IMG/VR virus record: IMGVR_UViG_3300036766_000359
Coordinates: 96,001-160,000 of that record
Reading direction: 5' to 3' (one strand)
Source: a virus
Length of the DNA stretch: 64,000 nt
This document shows, piece after piece, positions 44,407 through 52,659 of this stretch; the stretch's first letter is position 1; each line of letters starts with the position of its first letter. The notes beneath the pieces were generated by a model that had not been told where the DNA came from, made no database searches, and saw only the letters and a program-made list of their open reading frames with translations. The position numbers and the translations under genes were made by a program.

Positions 44407-44826
44407 CTACCTATCGTGGACTCCGCATATGACCCATTCAGCAAGAACTTCATCGAACATCCTCTTCCAATGTTCAAGATTGAGTTCTGACGCGTTCCCA
44501 CGGCTCATTATTTGGATGATGTTGCTTTTGATCGCGGCTAACTTTCGAAGTCGGCGGTCTTCCTTCGCGTTTTCCGAATGGTCAACATCTTTACCCAGGA
44601 CATTAACTGATTGGACAATTCCTCTCTGTCCTATCATCTGACGCGCTTGATTCCAGGCTGAGGGATCGAGAAGTTTCTTTCCGTGGTCGCAGCACAGACC
44701 AAATATGTCCTGGTACTTTCCTTCTTTTTCACGATAAGGATAAAGATTCTTATATGAGACTTCAACAAACACCGTTGACTTTTTTCCGCAGACCTTACCT
44801 GCGCTCTTAAACACTGTGCAGTTCAT
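44407..44826 (-). CDS. Hypothetical Zn-binding protein with variant tag (ICGVHDR)
   Basis: C..C...CCDH; C-terminal LNLEHW...VICGVHDR*. Confidence 0.7.
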   Translation of the reverse strand: MNCTVFKSAGKVCGKKSTVFVEVSYKNLYPYREKEGKYQDIFGLCCDHGKKLLDPSAWNQARQMIGQRGIVQSVNVLGKDVDHSENAKEDRRLRKLAAIKSNIIQIMSRGNASELNLEHWKRMFDEVLAEWVICGVHDR

Positions 44827-44835
44827 CGTTTGAAC

Positions 44836-45213
44836 CTAGCTCGACATGATTGAGTCCGCGATTACCATCCCACAGTTCGGGTTTACCTCGTGCTCAGTCA
44901 TGGCCTCATTCCACGTGGATTCTCGGCTCATCTTCATCTGTCGAAAACACTTCTTGCAGATGGCTTCGACTTCGTCGTCCGCAAAGACGAGGGTAGACTT
45001 CAGTTCCCATTCATGGGTTTCATAACCCTCGGTCTTCGGAGAAGTCTCAGAATTCAGGTCGAGCCCTTTCTCCGCCAGCATGCCGTCAAGAATCGACATG
45101 AAGGGGTCTACGTCAACGTTCTCGGCCGCTTTCCCAATGAGGTGAGAAAGCGGGTCTGCTTCCTCTACAGGCTGCACTTCCGAACCGAGCATTTCATCTA
45201 GTTGGTTCTTCAT
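44836..45213 (-). CDS. HxW-CxxC-C Zn-finger family protein with IMSS tag
   Basis: THEW...CKKC...NCGMVIADSIMSS*. Confidence 0.75.
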   Translation of the reverse strand: MKNQLDEMLGSEVQPVEEADPLSHLIGKAAENVDVDPFMSILDGMLAEKGLDLNSETSPKTEGYETHEWELKSTLVFADDEVEAICKKCFRQMKMSRESTWNEAMTEHEVNPNCGMVIADSIMSS

Positions 45214-45398
45214 CACGACTCCATAATTTTCAGGACCATTTGAGCTTGACAATCTGCCAGAATACCGATCTTGCGATAAAAGCTAGCACCGCGTGGTTTC
45301 ATGGGACCATAATAATGGGTTTTACAATTCTTACATATCCACGCTGCAGTCTTCGCCTGGAAATTGAAATAAACGTACTCCCATTCATGATTCTTCAT
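45213..45398 (-). CDS. HxW-CxxC-C Zn-finger family protein with IMES tag
   Basis: NHEW...CKNC...DCQAQMVLKIMES*. Confidence 0.8.
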   Translation of the reverse strand: MKNHEWEYVYFNFQAKTAAWICKNCKTHYYGPMKPRGASFYRKIGILADCQAQMVLKIMES

Positions 45399-45601
45399 GA
45401 TTCCATCACTCCAGCAACCAGCATGGCGTTACAGTCTGCCGCATCTGGTGAAGTTTCAAAGAGGTTAAATGGCACAGCATTTTTGGTTTTATGGTCAAGT
45501 ACGAGACGAATCCCGCAACGCTGACACTGGTATACGTAAGCGTCCCCCTCGTGGTACGGACCGCTAGGTTTTATGTCCGGGAATGAATGCGAGTGTTTCA
45601 C
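45395..45601 (-). CDS. HxF-CxxC-C Zn-finger family protein with VMES tag
   Basis: SHSF...CQRC...DCNAMLVAGVMES*. Confidence 0.8.
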   Translation of the reverse strand: MKHSHSFPDIKPSGPYHEGDAYVYQCQRCGIRLVLDHKTKNAVPFNLFETSPDAADCNAMLVAGVMES

Positions 45602-45741
45602 CCGAACATTTCCTGCGTGCGTCTCGCGTCCTTCTGACGCCTTGCGCGTCGGTCGCGCATCACGCCTCCTTTACGCTTGGACATGAGCATCCCGAGCATC
45701 AGGGTATTGCGAACCTTGCACTTTTTTGATTTCTTCGCCAT
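45598..45741 (-). CDS. 47-aa basic peptide, copy 2
   Basis: My translation: MAKKSKKCKVRNTLMLGMLMSKRKGGVMRDRRARRQKDARRTQEMFG. Confidence 0.8.
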   Translation of the reverse strand: MAKKSKKCKVRNTLMLGMLMSKRKGGVMRDRRARRQKDARRTQEMFG

Positions 45742-45762
45742 GTTCGCTCCGTCCTTCCTGCT

Positions 45763-45788
45763 GTACCGAGGAGCGAGGCGAATTTACG
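45763..45788 (-). promoter_or_regulatory. Phage promoter motif
   Basis: cgtaaat-N15-gtac. Confidence 0.8.
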
Positions 45789-45796
45789 CTTGCCCG

Positions 45797-46036
45797 TCAT
45801 CGACGTTTCAGTTGTCTTGACCGACCTTCTTGGGTTAATATACTGGAAAGTCGTTTCATGGCCGATGATAACTCTTCAAAGTCATCATGGTCCATCGAGT
45901 CAATCATTTTCCCGAACATGAGATCTAGCCTATTTTCTGAAATAAGCTTGAGGTTTCTTGCCACATACATGGACCCTCGAATGGCTTCCGGTAAATTTAT
46001 ATCGTTTTGACTCTTCGCCCGTGTAAAATTTGACAT
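45797..46036 (-). CDS. Hypothetical protein
   Basis: GGGGGTG RBS-like. Confidence 0.5.
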   Translation of the reverse strand: MSNFTRAKSQNDINLPEAIRGSMYVARNLKLISENRLDLMFGKMIDSMDHDDFEELSSAMKRLSSILTQEGRSRQLKRR

Positions 46037-46090
46037 ATCACCCCCATAAATTTACTTAAGTTTACAATGAAAAGCCGACACCACGCAAGC

Positions 46091-46116
46091 CGTAAGTTCG
46101 GCGCTGCGCTACGTAC
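46091..46116 (+). promoter_or_regulatory. Phage promoter motif
   Basis: cgtaagt-N15-gtac then GGCGGAGG. Confidence 0.8.
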
Positions 46117-46137
46117 GAGTGGCGGAGGTAACGAAAC

Positions 46138-46794
46138 ATGGCACGAAAATCAGACGCAAAGACTTCTAGCTACGACAGAATCTTCGACGCGATCACCCGG
46201 TCTCCTCGGTGGAGGTCGTACATGGAGTCAATCCGTACCGACTTCGAGAAAGTCGGCATACTTGAGTACACCTTTAACCACCACTCAGTATACGAGAATG
46301 CAACAAACACCAACTATGTTGTTGAGGCAAGCTTTCACATCGGACCTGTCTTGGATGTGAAAGTTTCCTTCGACGAAGACTCCGCCCTGTTCGCTGATGC
46401 TGTCAGCGCAAACCAGATTGACTGGTCGATAAATAAGTTCTTTGCCGACGAAAAAAGGATGGACGGGGTCCTCGAGGGTCTCTTCGGTACCAAAGGGTAC
46501 CCGACGTTCAACTGCACACTCGACAACGCCAAGAAGAAGTGGTCTGACTTCGCCAAGAAACGAATCTCTGACGAACTTCATCCACTGAAGGATGCGTTCC
46601 ATTTGCACGTCTCCGAACAGAAGGAAAGCATCATGGCTTCTGAAGGATTCATTAGGGACAAGCAACGCTACTACGACCTTCTCGTCATAAACGACATTCG
46701 GGAAGTGGTCCAGAAGTTCTACAAGAAGGTCAGTCCTGAAGTCATCAAGGAAGCGTTGGACAACGTTATCGTCCACGACATATGTGACTCTTAG
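46138..46794 (+). CDS. Hypothetical protein with variant tag (VHDICDS)
   Basis: ...KVSPEVIKEALDNVIVHDICDS*. Confidence 0.8.
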   Translation: MARKSDAKTSSYDRIFDAITRSPRWRSYMESIRTDFEKVGILEYTFNHHSVYENATNTNYVVEASFHIGPVLDVKVSFDEDSALFADAVSANQIDWSINKFFADEKRMDGVLEGLFGTKGYPTFNCTLDNAKKKWSDFAKKRISDELHPLKDAFHLHVSEQKESIMASEGFIRDKQRYYDLLVINDIREVVQKFYKKVSPEVIKEALDNVIVHDICDS

Positions 46795-46842
46795 TCCTTT
46801 TTATAGGACCGTCAGTGTAAGGTGGTCATATTGAAACAATGG

Positions 46843-47177
46843 ACGGAAGCACGGACTGATTCCACTCGTCGAATCTTATCAGAAGAGGGTCCGTAACATC
46901 ATTCGGTACGAGTGTCGAGCGTGCAGGAAGGCTTTCAGGACTCAAGATGAAGTCAAATAATGCTTGCAAGGACTGTGAAATCGCAGTCCAAGCCGCAATG
47001 AATGCATATGAACTGAATCCGAGTTCACGTGGACCATCTCCGTGGTGTCCTAAACACGAAGTCGAGCAGTTCGAACTAGTGGAAAAAATACGGAAGGCCT
47101 TCCAAAAATAACAGCACGCCAAAAGAAAAGAACTCACATGTTCTGATATGGTTGTCATGAAAGTCATGAAAAGTTAG
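46843..47177 (+). pseudogene. Disrupted Zn-finger/tag gene flanking 46947-47111
   Basis: KHGL...YECRACRKAF upstream; RKAFQK*QHAKRKELTCSDMVVMKVMKS* downstream. Confidence 0.45.
46947..47111 (+). CDS. 54-aa CxxC..C..H protein (paralog of 48650-48859)
   Basis: My translation: MKSNNACKDCEIAVQAAMNAYE...WCPKH. Confidence 0.7.
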   Translation: MKSNNACKDCEIAVQAAMNAYELNPSSRGPSPWCPKHEVEQFELVEKIRKAFQK

Positions 47178-47195
47178 TTTTCTTTAGAGGATTTA

Positions 47196-47396
47196 ATGAC
47201 GTCGCATTCTTGGCGAAAATGGCGTGACGATGGTGATGGGGTCATTATGCTAGACCACATCTGTGATAGATGTGGTATCGTAAAAGGTAATTTTATGTAT
47301 TATAACATGCCCGAATCCAATCCGGTTTCTTTAATATCAGAAGACAGCGAACCCGACTGTGATTTGATGATTGTCAAAAGAATCATGGCCACCTGA
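47196..47396 (+). CDS. HxW-CxxC-C Zn-finger family protein with IMAT tag
   Basis: SHSW...CDRC...DCDLMIVKRIMAT*. Confidence 0.8.
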   Translation: MTSHSWRKWRDDGDGVIMLDHICDRCGIVKGNFMYYNMPESNPVSLISEDSEPDCDLMIVKRIMAT

Positions 47397-47440
47397 ACTG
47401 AGTGTATATTGTTTCCAAAGACAACTGGTACCGGACGGGT

Positions 47441-47466
47441 CGTAAGTCTGCGAGTTGTCGGCGTAC
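47441..47466 (+). promoter_or_regulatory. Phage promoter motif
   Basis: cgtaagt-N15-gtac. Confidence 0.8.
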
Positions 47467-47508
47467 GGGTGGGGAGGCAAGCGCGGTGCTTGCCACGGAG
47501 GTGACGAT

Positions 47509-48615
47509 ATGCTGACCGACGTTTTCGAGATCGAACAGGCAACCTACAAGCGGGTACTCTCGTTCAACATCCGCTCTGGCGGGAACGTGATCATCCTGGG
47601 CCAAGCTGGCACAGGCAAGACGGAGATCGCGCAAGCGGTCTGTGGAGAAGAAGGGTTTGAGTACATCTACTTGAACCTGTCCGTTCTGGAGGCACCTGAC
47701 CTCGTCGGTTTGCCGATCATCGCGGCAAACAACACTGTTGACTACGCCAGCCCGAAGTTCCTTCCTCGGATGGACATCACCCCGAAGCCGATCGTCCTGA
47801 TTGTCGATGAGATCGACAAAGCCAAGCCCGAGCTTCAGAACCCCTTGCTGGAGCTTTTCCAGTTCCATTCCATCAACGGGACCAAGCTCAACATCAAGGC
47901 GATCATCGCCACGGGCAATCTGCCTGACGAGGGGGCGTTCAGCCAGCCCATCTCACACGCCCTCACCAACCGGTGCAAGGTGTACCGCCTGACGCACTCC
48001 TTCGAGGCGTGGCGCGAGTGGGCTCAAAACGACTCGCTCAACGCGCTGGTCATTGGCTTCCTGAGCAAGAACCAGGAGTACCTCAGCCGAGCGGCGGTCG
48101 AGGGAGATCCCACGGCGTACTGTCGCTGCAGCCCGCGCTCTTGGGCAATGGCCGCCAACGACCTGGACAAGACGTCCAGCCAAGACACGGTGGAGTTTCA
48201 GACACTCCTCGTCAGCGGTCGCGTCGGGATGGGCGCTGCGGTGAAATTCCGGGTGTGGCTCGACCACTATCGCCACGTGGAGCCCATCATCGAGAAGCTC
48301 GTCGAGAAGGGCGAGAAGCCTTCCATCAACGACATGTCGATCGATCGACAGCTCGTTTGCGCAATTGCCGCTGTGGCAGCCGTCGCCAACGAATGCAAGA
48401 GGGAGCTGAAAGGCGAGGAGCGCGTGAAGCAGGGCGAGCGCGTGACGAAGATTGCCAAGAACGTCTTCAGTTGGGTGAAGCTCCTCCCATCTGAGTTCCA
48501 GATTGGCGCGGTCAAGTCGGCACTCAACATGAAGATGATCCAGGAATTCAAGCTGACCAACGTTCAGGAAGTGATGGACACCTATCTCACGGTACGTAAG
48601 GCCATGAAGGACTGA
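47509..48615 (+). CDS. MoxR-like AAA+ ATPase
   Basis: GQAGTGKT Walker A, IVDEIDK Walker B, IATGN sensor 1, ALTNR Arg finger, SPRSW; GGAGG RBS. Confidence 0.9.
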   Translation: MLTDVFEIEQATYKRVLSFNIRSGGNVIILGQAGTGKTEIAQAVCGEEGFEYIYLNLSVLEAPDLVGLPIIAANNTVDYASPKFLPRMDITPKPIVLIVDEIDKAKPELQNPLLELFQFHSINGTKLNIKAIIATGNLPDEGAFSQPISHALTNRCKVYRLTHSFEAWREWAQNDSLNALVIGFLSKNQEYLSRAAVEGDPTAYCRCSPRSWAMAANDLDKTSSQDTVEFQTLLVSGRVGMGAAVKFRVWLDHYRHVEPIIEKLVEKGEKPSINDMSIDRQLVCAIAAVAAVANECKRELKGEERVKQGERVTKIAKNVFSWVKLLPSEFQIGAVKSALNMKMIQEFKLTNVQEVMDTYLTVRKAMKD

Positions 48616-48671
48616 TTCTCCTTCGCTGAGAATCAGAGGGGACTGTCGGTTGAAATACTGGCAGTCCCCTC
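48612..48671 (+). terminator. Two adjacent hairpins after the AAA gene
   Basis: ctgattctc/gagaatcag and gaggggactg/cagtcccctc. Confidence 0.6.
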
Positions 48672-48859
48672 TCGATTATGTGGGTGATATGATAAAAATC
48701 CGTAACATAGCTTCGTGCCAAGACTGTAAGAAACTAACCGCTGCAGCAATGTCTGCATATGACAAAGCACCGGGTATAGTGCAAAAATCAATCTGTGATT
48801 ATCATCAAGCTGCCATTCAAAGCGGGGTGAGTGAGCAGATTAAACTGATGAAGCGATAA
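48650..48859 (+). CDS. Small CxxC..C..H protein (likely start MIKIR)
   Basis: SCQDC...AAMSAY...ICDYH. Confidence 0.6.
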   Translation: MKYWQSPLDYVGDMIKIRNIASCQDCKKLTAAAMSAYDKAPGIVQKSICDYHQAAIQSGVSEQIKLMKR

Positions 48860-48874
48860 CTTAAGCTGCCGGAG

Positions 48875-48900
48875 TGGAGATCGGCGGGTTATCGGCGTAC
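48875..48900 (+). promoter_or_regulatory. Phage promoter motif
   Basis: tggagat-N15-gtac. Confidence 0.75.
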
Positions 48901-48901
48901 T

Positions 48902-49420
48902 GTGAGTGGACAAATGAGCGTACGCACCCGAAAGATGAAGAAGGAGAAGCTGCGCAAGGTTGCGCACGGTAAGGACTACGAAAGTCTCTTGTCCGTGTTT
49001 TATCGATACAATATGTTTGACTCATGGGAACCGAATCAGTTCATGGAGTTCGTCCGTCTGTATCGCTATTTCCCGTGTGATAGCACAGGCAGCGCGTTCG
49101 TTAGTTCAGTTCAACGCGACCGCGAACAGTTTTGTCTTGATGATGTTTCTGAACGTCTCAAGGCACTGGTTCGTAGCAAGCGCTTTTTAGAAAAGTGTGG
49201 CTATTATTTGCCATTTGGCACCACCAACATCATGTACATCGTTGATTCGTGGAACGTGATGGATCTCATGAAGTTGGTGACTTTCTGTCAAAAAAGCCGT
49301 GATGCTAATTCCGTGTTAGCATTGATCCGTTCGGTACAAATTTTTGGACACAAAATTCGCTTCCAGGAAGTAAAAGCGGCCATGGGTATGATCAAGATTC
49401 AAAAGATCATGGAATCATGA
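48902..49420 (+). CDS. Hypothetical protein with IMES tag
   Basis: ...KIRFQEVKAAMGMIKIQKIMES*. Confidence 0.8.
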   Translation: MSGQMSVRTRKMKKEKLRKVAHGKDYESLLSVFYRYNMFDSWEPNQFMEFVRLYRYFPCDSTGSAFVSSVQRDREQFCLDDVSERLKALVRSKRFLEKCGYYLPFGTTNIMYIVDSWNVMDLMKLVTFCQKSRDANSVLALIRSVQIFGHKIRFQEVKAAMGMIKIQKIMES

Positions 49421-49605
49421 AACCACATAATTGGGTCAAAGCTCGTACTCGTAGTCTCAAGGTTGACGGTTTCGCCGGTATCTATTACCGGCGATGTACT
49501 GAGTGTGGAATCGAAGTTTCATACGATGATGATGGTAAATGGCCGTTTGAACCTTATAATGATGACTGCGACGAGCAGATCCTTCGGGTAATACATGAGT
49601 CATAA
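49417..49605 (+). CDS. HxW-CxxC-C Zn-finger family protein with IHES tag
   Basis: PHNW...CTEC...DCDEQILRVIHES*. Confidence 0.8.
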   Translation: MKPHNWVKARTRSLKVDGFAGIYYRRCTECGIEVSYDDDGKWPFEPYNDDCDEQILRVIHES

Positions 49606-49939
49606 ATCCGCAGATATGGTGACTTATTCACCAAAGGGTCACAAGGATATTTATACACACTGCACTCATGCAGATGCTTTGAAGTATAACAGAAGATACG
49701 TTGAATCAATGAGTACTGTGACTATTCTTGGTTATTGGGATGATTTCATCTGCCCATCATACGATATTTTCAGAGAAGACGGAGTTTCACACTTGAAAAG
49801 TGATGAAGGAAACTGGGATGTTTTCTTTAGTAAAATGTACATTTGTCGTATGTCTTCCAGGGATAAAGCCATTCAGTCGTTAGCAGCTCTTCGGCATGAC
49901 CCGAGTCTGGTCGTCATTTTTCAGACTCATGAGTCGTAG
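49595..49939 (+). CDS. Hypothetical protein with THES tag
   Basis: ...DPSLVVIFQTHES*. Confidence 0.7.
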   Translation: MSHKSADMVTYSPKGHKDIYTHCTHADALKYNRRYVESMSTVTILGYWDDFICPSYDIFREDGVSHLKSDEGNWDVFFSKMYICRMSSRDKAIQSLAALRHDPSLVVIFQTHES

Positions 49940-49960
49940 CTTTCATGTTGTCACGCGTAC
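49935..49960 (+). promoter_or_regulatory. Phage promoter motif overlapping the upstream stop
   Basis: cgtagct-N15-gtac then GGGAGG. Confidence 0.7.
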
Positions 49961-49990
49961 GGGAGGCGGATAGATGAAGGAGGTCATGAA

Positions 49991-50164
49991 GTGAAGCTCT
50001 ATGGCTCAAAGCGCAAGTCTTGTCAGACGTGCAAATATGGGTGCTGCGGATCCAAGGAAGCGAAGCTCCACCGGTTCGCGGGTGCGGGTGCCGTGCGGAA
50101 GGCAGCCCGTCACCGGGCGCGGCGGAAGGCACGGGAGGAAGCGACGCAGGAGGCGACAGAGTGA
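49991..50164 (+). CDS. 57-aa basic Cys peptide
   Basis: My translation from GTG: KLYGSKRKSCQTCKYGCC...RKAARHRARRKAREE; GGAGG RBS. Confidence 0.6.
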   Translation: MKLYGSKRKSCQTCKYGCCGSKEAKLHRFAGAGAVRKAARHRARRKAREEATQEATE

Positions 50165-50202
50165 GCCGGAATCTGGCCATCGACTGGTTCTGGCCAGTCG
50201 AA

Positions 50203-50400
50203 ATGACTAAACTTGAGTCGCGTGATGCCCGTGTGCGTGAGGCACAAGACCCAAATACGCCTGTCAGCGACCTCATACTGTTGTCTAATGATAACGAACC
50301 GGGCATCCGTTGGGCGATATCAGAAAACCCGAGTACCCCTCCAGAAATTAAGGCCTACTTAAAAGCACTTGAAATTGCATACGACGTGATGGAGAGTTAG
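50203..50400 (+). CDS. LRV-repeat protein with VMES tag
   Basis: AQDPNTPVSDLILLSND..PGIRWAISENPSTPPEI...AYDVMES*. Confidence 0.8.
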   Translation: MTKLESRDARVREAQDPNTPVSDLILLSNDNEPGIRWAISENPSTPPEIKAYLKALEIAYDVMES

Positions 50401-50408
50401 TGCAGGAC

Positions 50409-50434
50409 CGCAAGTGTCGAGTTGTCGCACGTAC
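50409..50434 (+). promoter_or_regulatory. Phage promoter motif
   Basis: cgcaagt-N15-gtac; ATG follows after 9 nt. Confidence 0.75.
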
Positions 50435-50443
50435 GGGGCGGGA

Positions 50444-50836
50444 ATGCTGGACAAGAAACCACGACTGACACGAGCGAGTGGACGTGTGGTGTGTCATCAC
50501 ATGGCCAAAACATTCGCGAGCGTCCTGTCGCGTTCACCCAACGTGCAAGTCGAGGTACTTGACGACGGTAGCAATCCTGAACTTCACACGTTCAACAAAC
50601 CAAAGCTTCGAATCACCCATCGAGATATTACTTATTTCATGAGAGTGACTTCACGTACAGACAAGGTGTTCATATACGTCGAAGATGCCGCTGAACCCGA
50701 CAACCCAGGTTTTCCTGGAGAAATTTTTTTCAAGTATACAACCTCAGCGATTCAGCCGGGGAAAATTCGTAAAAATGCCCTTATTTTACTTAAGAAAATG
50801 GAGCACCGATTCATTTTCGAAATAATGAATGCTTAG
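50444..50836 (+). CDS. Hypothetical protein with variant tag (IMNA)
   Basis: ...MEHRFIFEIMNA*. Confidence 0.7.
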   Translation: MLDKKPRLTRASGRVVCHHMAKTFASVLSRSPNVQVEVLDDGSNPELHTFNKPKLRITHRDITYFMRVTSRTDKVFIYVEDAAEPDNPGFPGEIFFKYTTSAIQPGKIRKNALILLKKMEHRFIFEIMNA

Positions 50837-51007
50837 TGTATAATTTTGAAGTACGGAGGTATACGTGACATGAATTAGTCAATCTAATTGATTATCCCTC
50901 CTCGGGTCCATAGAGGCGTTCCGGAACAGGTGCACGTGAAACTGAAATGGCGACAACCTGTCTAGTTCGATAAGCAAATATATTATCTTGAAATTTCAGT
51001 TCTGCTC

Positions 51008-51033
51008 CGCAGATCCGACGGTCGCGTGCGTAC
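51008..51033 (+). promoter_or_regulatory. Phage promoter motif
   Basis: cgcagat-N15-gtac then GGTGGAGG. Confidence 0.8.
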
Positions 51034-51054
51034 CCGTGGTGGAGGCAACAAAAC

Positions 51055-52521
51055 ATGGCAACAGCAGACCGATCGATCGCAGCAACCATCACCCGTCTCA
51101 AGGATCCAGAGAACGTGGCGAGCAGCCCTCGCCAGTACATGGAACTTTGCGACAAAATCTCGTCCTGCATGACGAGGCTTTTCCAGTTCCCCAAGAACGG
51201 GGGCAACCCGTTCTTGTTCGCCCTCACCGGCCCGAAGCCACACTTCCTCGTCAGGAAGCTTCACGGACAGGATATCAAGACAGCGGCCACCGACGGAAAG
51301 AATTTCTACTGGAACCCTGAGTTTCTTGAGTCGATGAGCCCTCAAGAGATCCAGACGGTCATGTCCCATGAGAGCTACCACGTTCTCTTTTTCCACTGCT
51401 CGAAGGACCGGGCGGCTGGGAAGAAGCCGCATGAATGGAATATCGCCGTGGACTACATCGTCAACGGCGTCATTGAGCATGACCACGAAAAGAGCGGACG
51501 ATCGGCTTCTTTCAAGCTGTGGGGCGGCGCGATCGGATCGCCAATCTCGTTCGACGATTACATCGCCTGGATTGCGGGCAAGATTGATGATCTGCCGCAA
51601 CACGGTTGCTTCGCAGACCCGACCATGCACGGTCGGTCTCCGGAGTCCATCTACGGCGATATCATCCAGGCCCAACTCAGCAGCCCACGTCGTTGCAAAG
51701 AGAACGCGGGTGGCTGTGGAGCACTGTCCATCGACCCGAAGACCGGGGTCTCTGTAATCGATCAGCCCTGGGACGCGGACGCCTGCCAGAAGTGCGGCGC
51801 AAAGCCCAACCAGGGAACCGGCCCTGGGTCTCTCGACTCACATGTTCCCACCGACCTGACAAAGGATGAGGTCATGGGGGAGATGATGAAGGCTGCAGAG
51901 CAAGCCGCAGCGACTGGTCGTGGAACGGCCCCTGCTGAAATAGAGGCAGCCCTGGCTGAACTCAAGGCTCCGCAGCTCCGCCCGAGCGATATCATCCGAC
52001 AGGCATTCTTTCGCAAGGCAATCGACACCGGCAACAAGAACGACTGGAAGCGCCTTCGACGCCGCCAGCTCGCAATGACCCCTCGCCAGTTCCTCCCACG
52101 CAAGCACGAACATCTGCCCAAATGGGTGGTCTGCCTTGACACGTCTGGCTCAATGTCCGACAAGGACATTGCAAACGGCCTCAAGGAGATGCAGGCCGTC
52201 CCGCAGAATTCAGAGGGATGGGTGATCCCTTGCGATGCGGTCCCATACTGGGACCGGAAGACCCTCGTGCGGAACTCATCCGACCTCAAGCGGACCAAGG
52301 TCGTTGGACGTGGCGGCACGGTCTTCGACCAATTCTTCGCGGAGCTTCCAGAGAAGATTGGGAGGGACCTTGACATTGTGGTCATCATCAGTGATGGTGA
52401 TTGCGGGACTATTCCGATGAATCTCCACCCGCGTTGCGACGTGCTCTGGATTATCACGAACAAGCGTGACTTCAAGCCCACGTTCGGACGGGTCGTTCAA
52501 CTCAGTCCGTCTCGCGCCTAA
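51055..52521 (+). CDS. Metallopeptidase-like plus VWA domain protein (DUF2201-type partner of MoxR AAA)
   Basis: TAATDG, HESYH (HExxH), WNIAVD, DTSGS MIDAS, GRGGT.F, ISDG. Confidence 0.9.
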   Translation: MATADRSIAATITRLKDPENVASSPRQYMELCDKISSCMTRLFQFPKNGGNPFLFALTGPKPHFLVRKLHGQDIKTAATDGKNFYWNPEFLESMSPQEIQTVMSHESYHVLFFHCSKDRAAGKKPHEWNIAVDYIVNGVIEHDHEKSGRSASFKLWGGAIGSPISFDDYIAWIAGKIDDLPQHGCFADPTMHGRSPESIYGDIIQAQLSSPRRCKENAGGCGALSIDPKTGVSVIDQPWDADACQKCGAKPNQGTGPGSLDSHVPTDLTKDEVMGEMMKAAEQAAATGRGTAPAEIEAALAELKAPQLRPSDIIRQAFFRKAIDTGNKNDWKRLRRRQLAMTPRQFLPRKHEHLPKWVVCLDTSGSMSDKDIANGLKEMQAVPQNSEGWVIPCDAVPYWDRKTLVRNSSDLKRTKVVGRGGTVFDQFFAELPEKIGRDLDIVVIISDGDCGTIPMNLHPRCDVLWIITNKRDFKPTFGRVVQLSPSRA

Positions 52522-52530
52522 ACGACAAGT

Positions 52531-52567
52531 CCACGCGGCCCGCTCCTTGGAAGGGCGGGCCGCGTGG
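52531..52567 (+). terminator. GC hairpin after the VWA gene
   Basis: ccacgcggcccgc...gcgggccgcgtgg. Confidence 0.65.
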
Positions 52568-52628
52568 TACCCCATATACTAGCGAAAACCCTGGCATATA
52601 CCATCAGATAACTTACGTCAGGCCGCCC

Positions 52629-52654
52629 AGGAAACTCGGCAGTTGTCGGCGTAC
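52629..52654 (+). promoter_or_regulatory. Phage promoter motif
   Basis: aggaaac-N15-gtac then GGTGGAGG. Confidence 0.8.
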
Positions 52655-52659
52655 GAACG

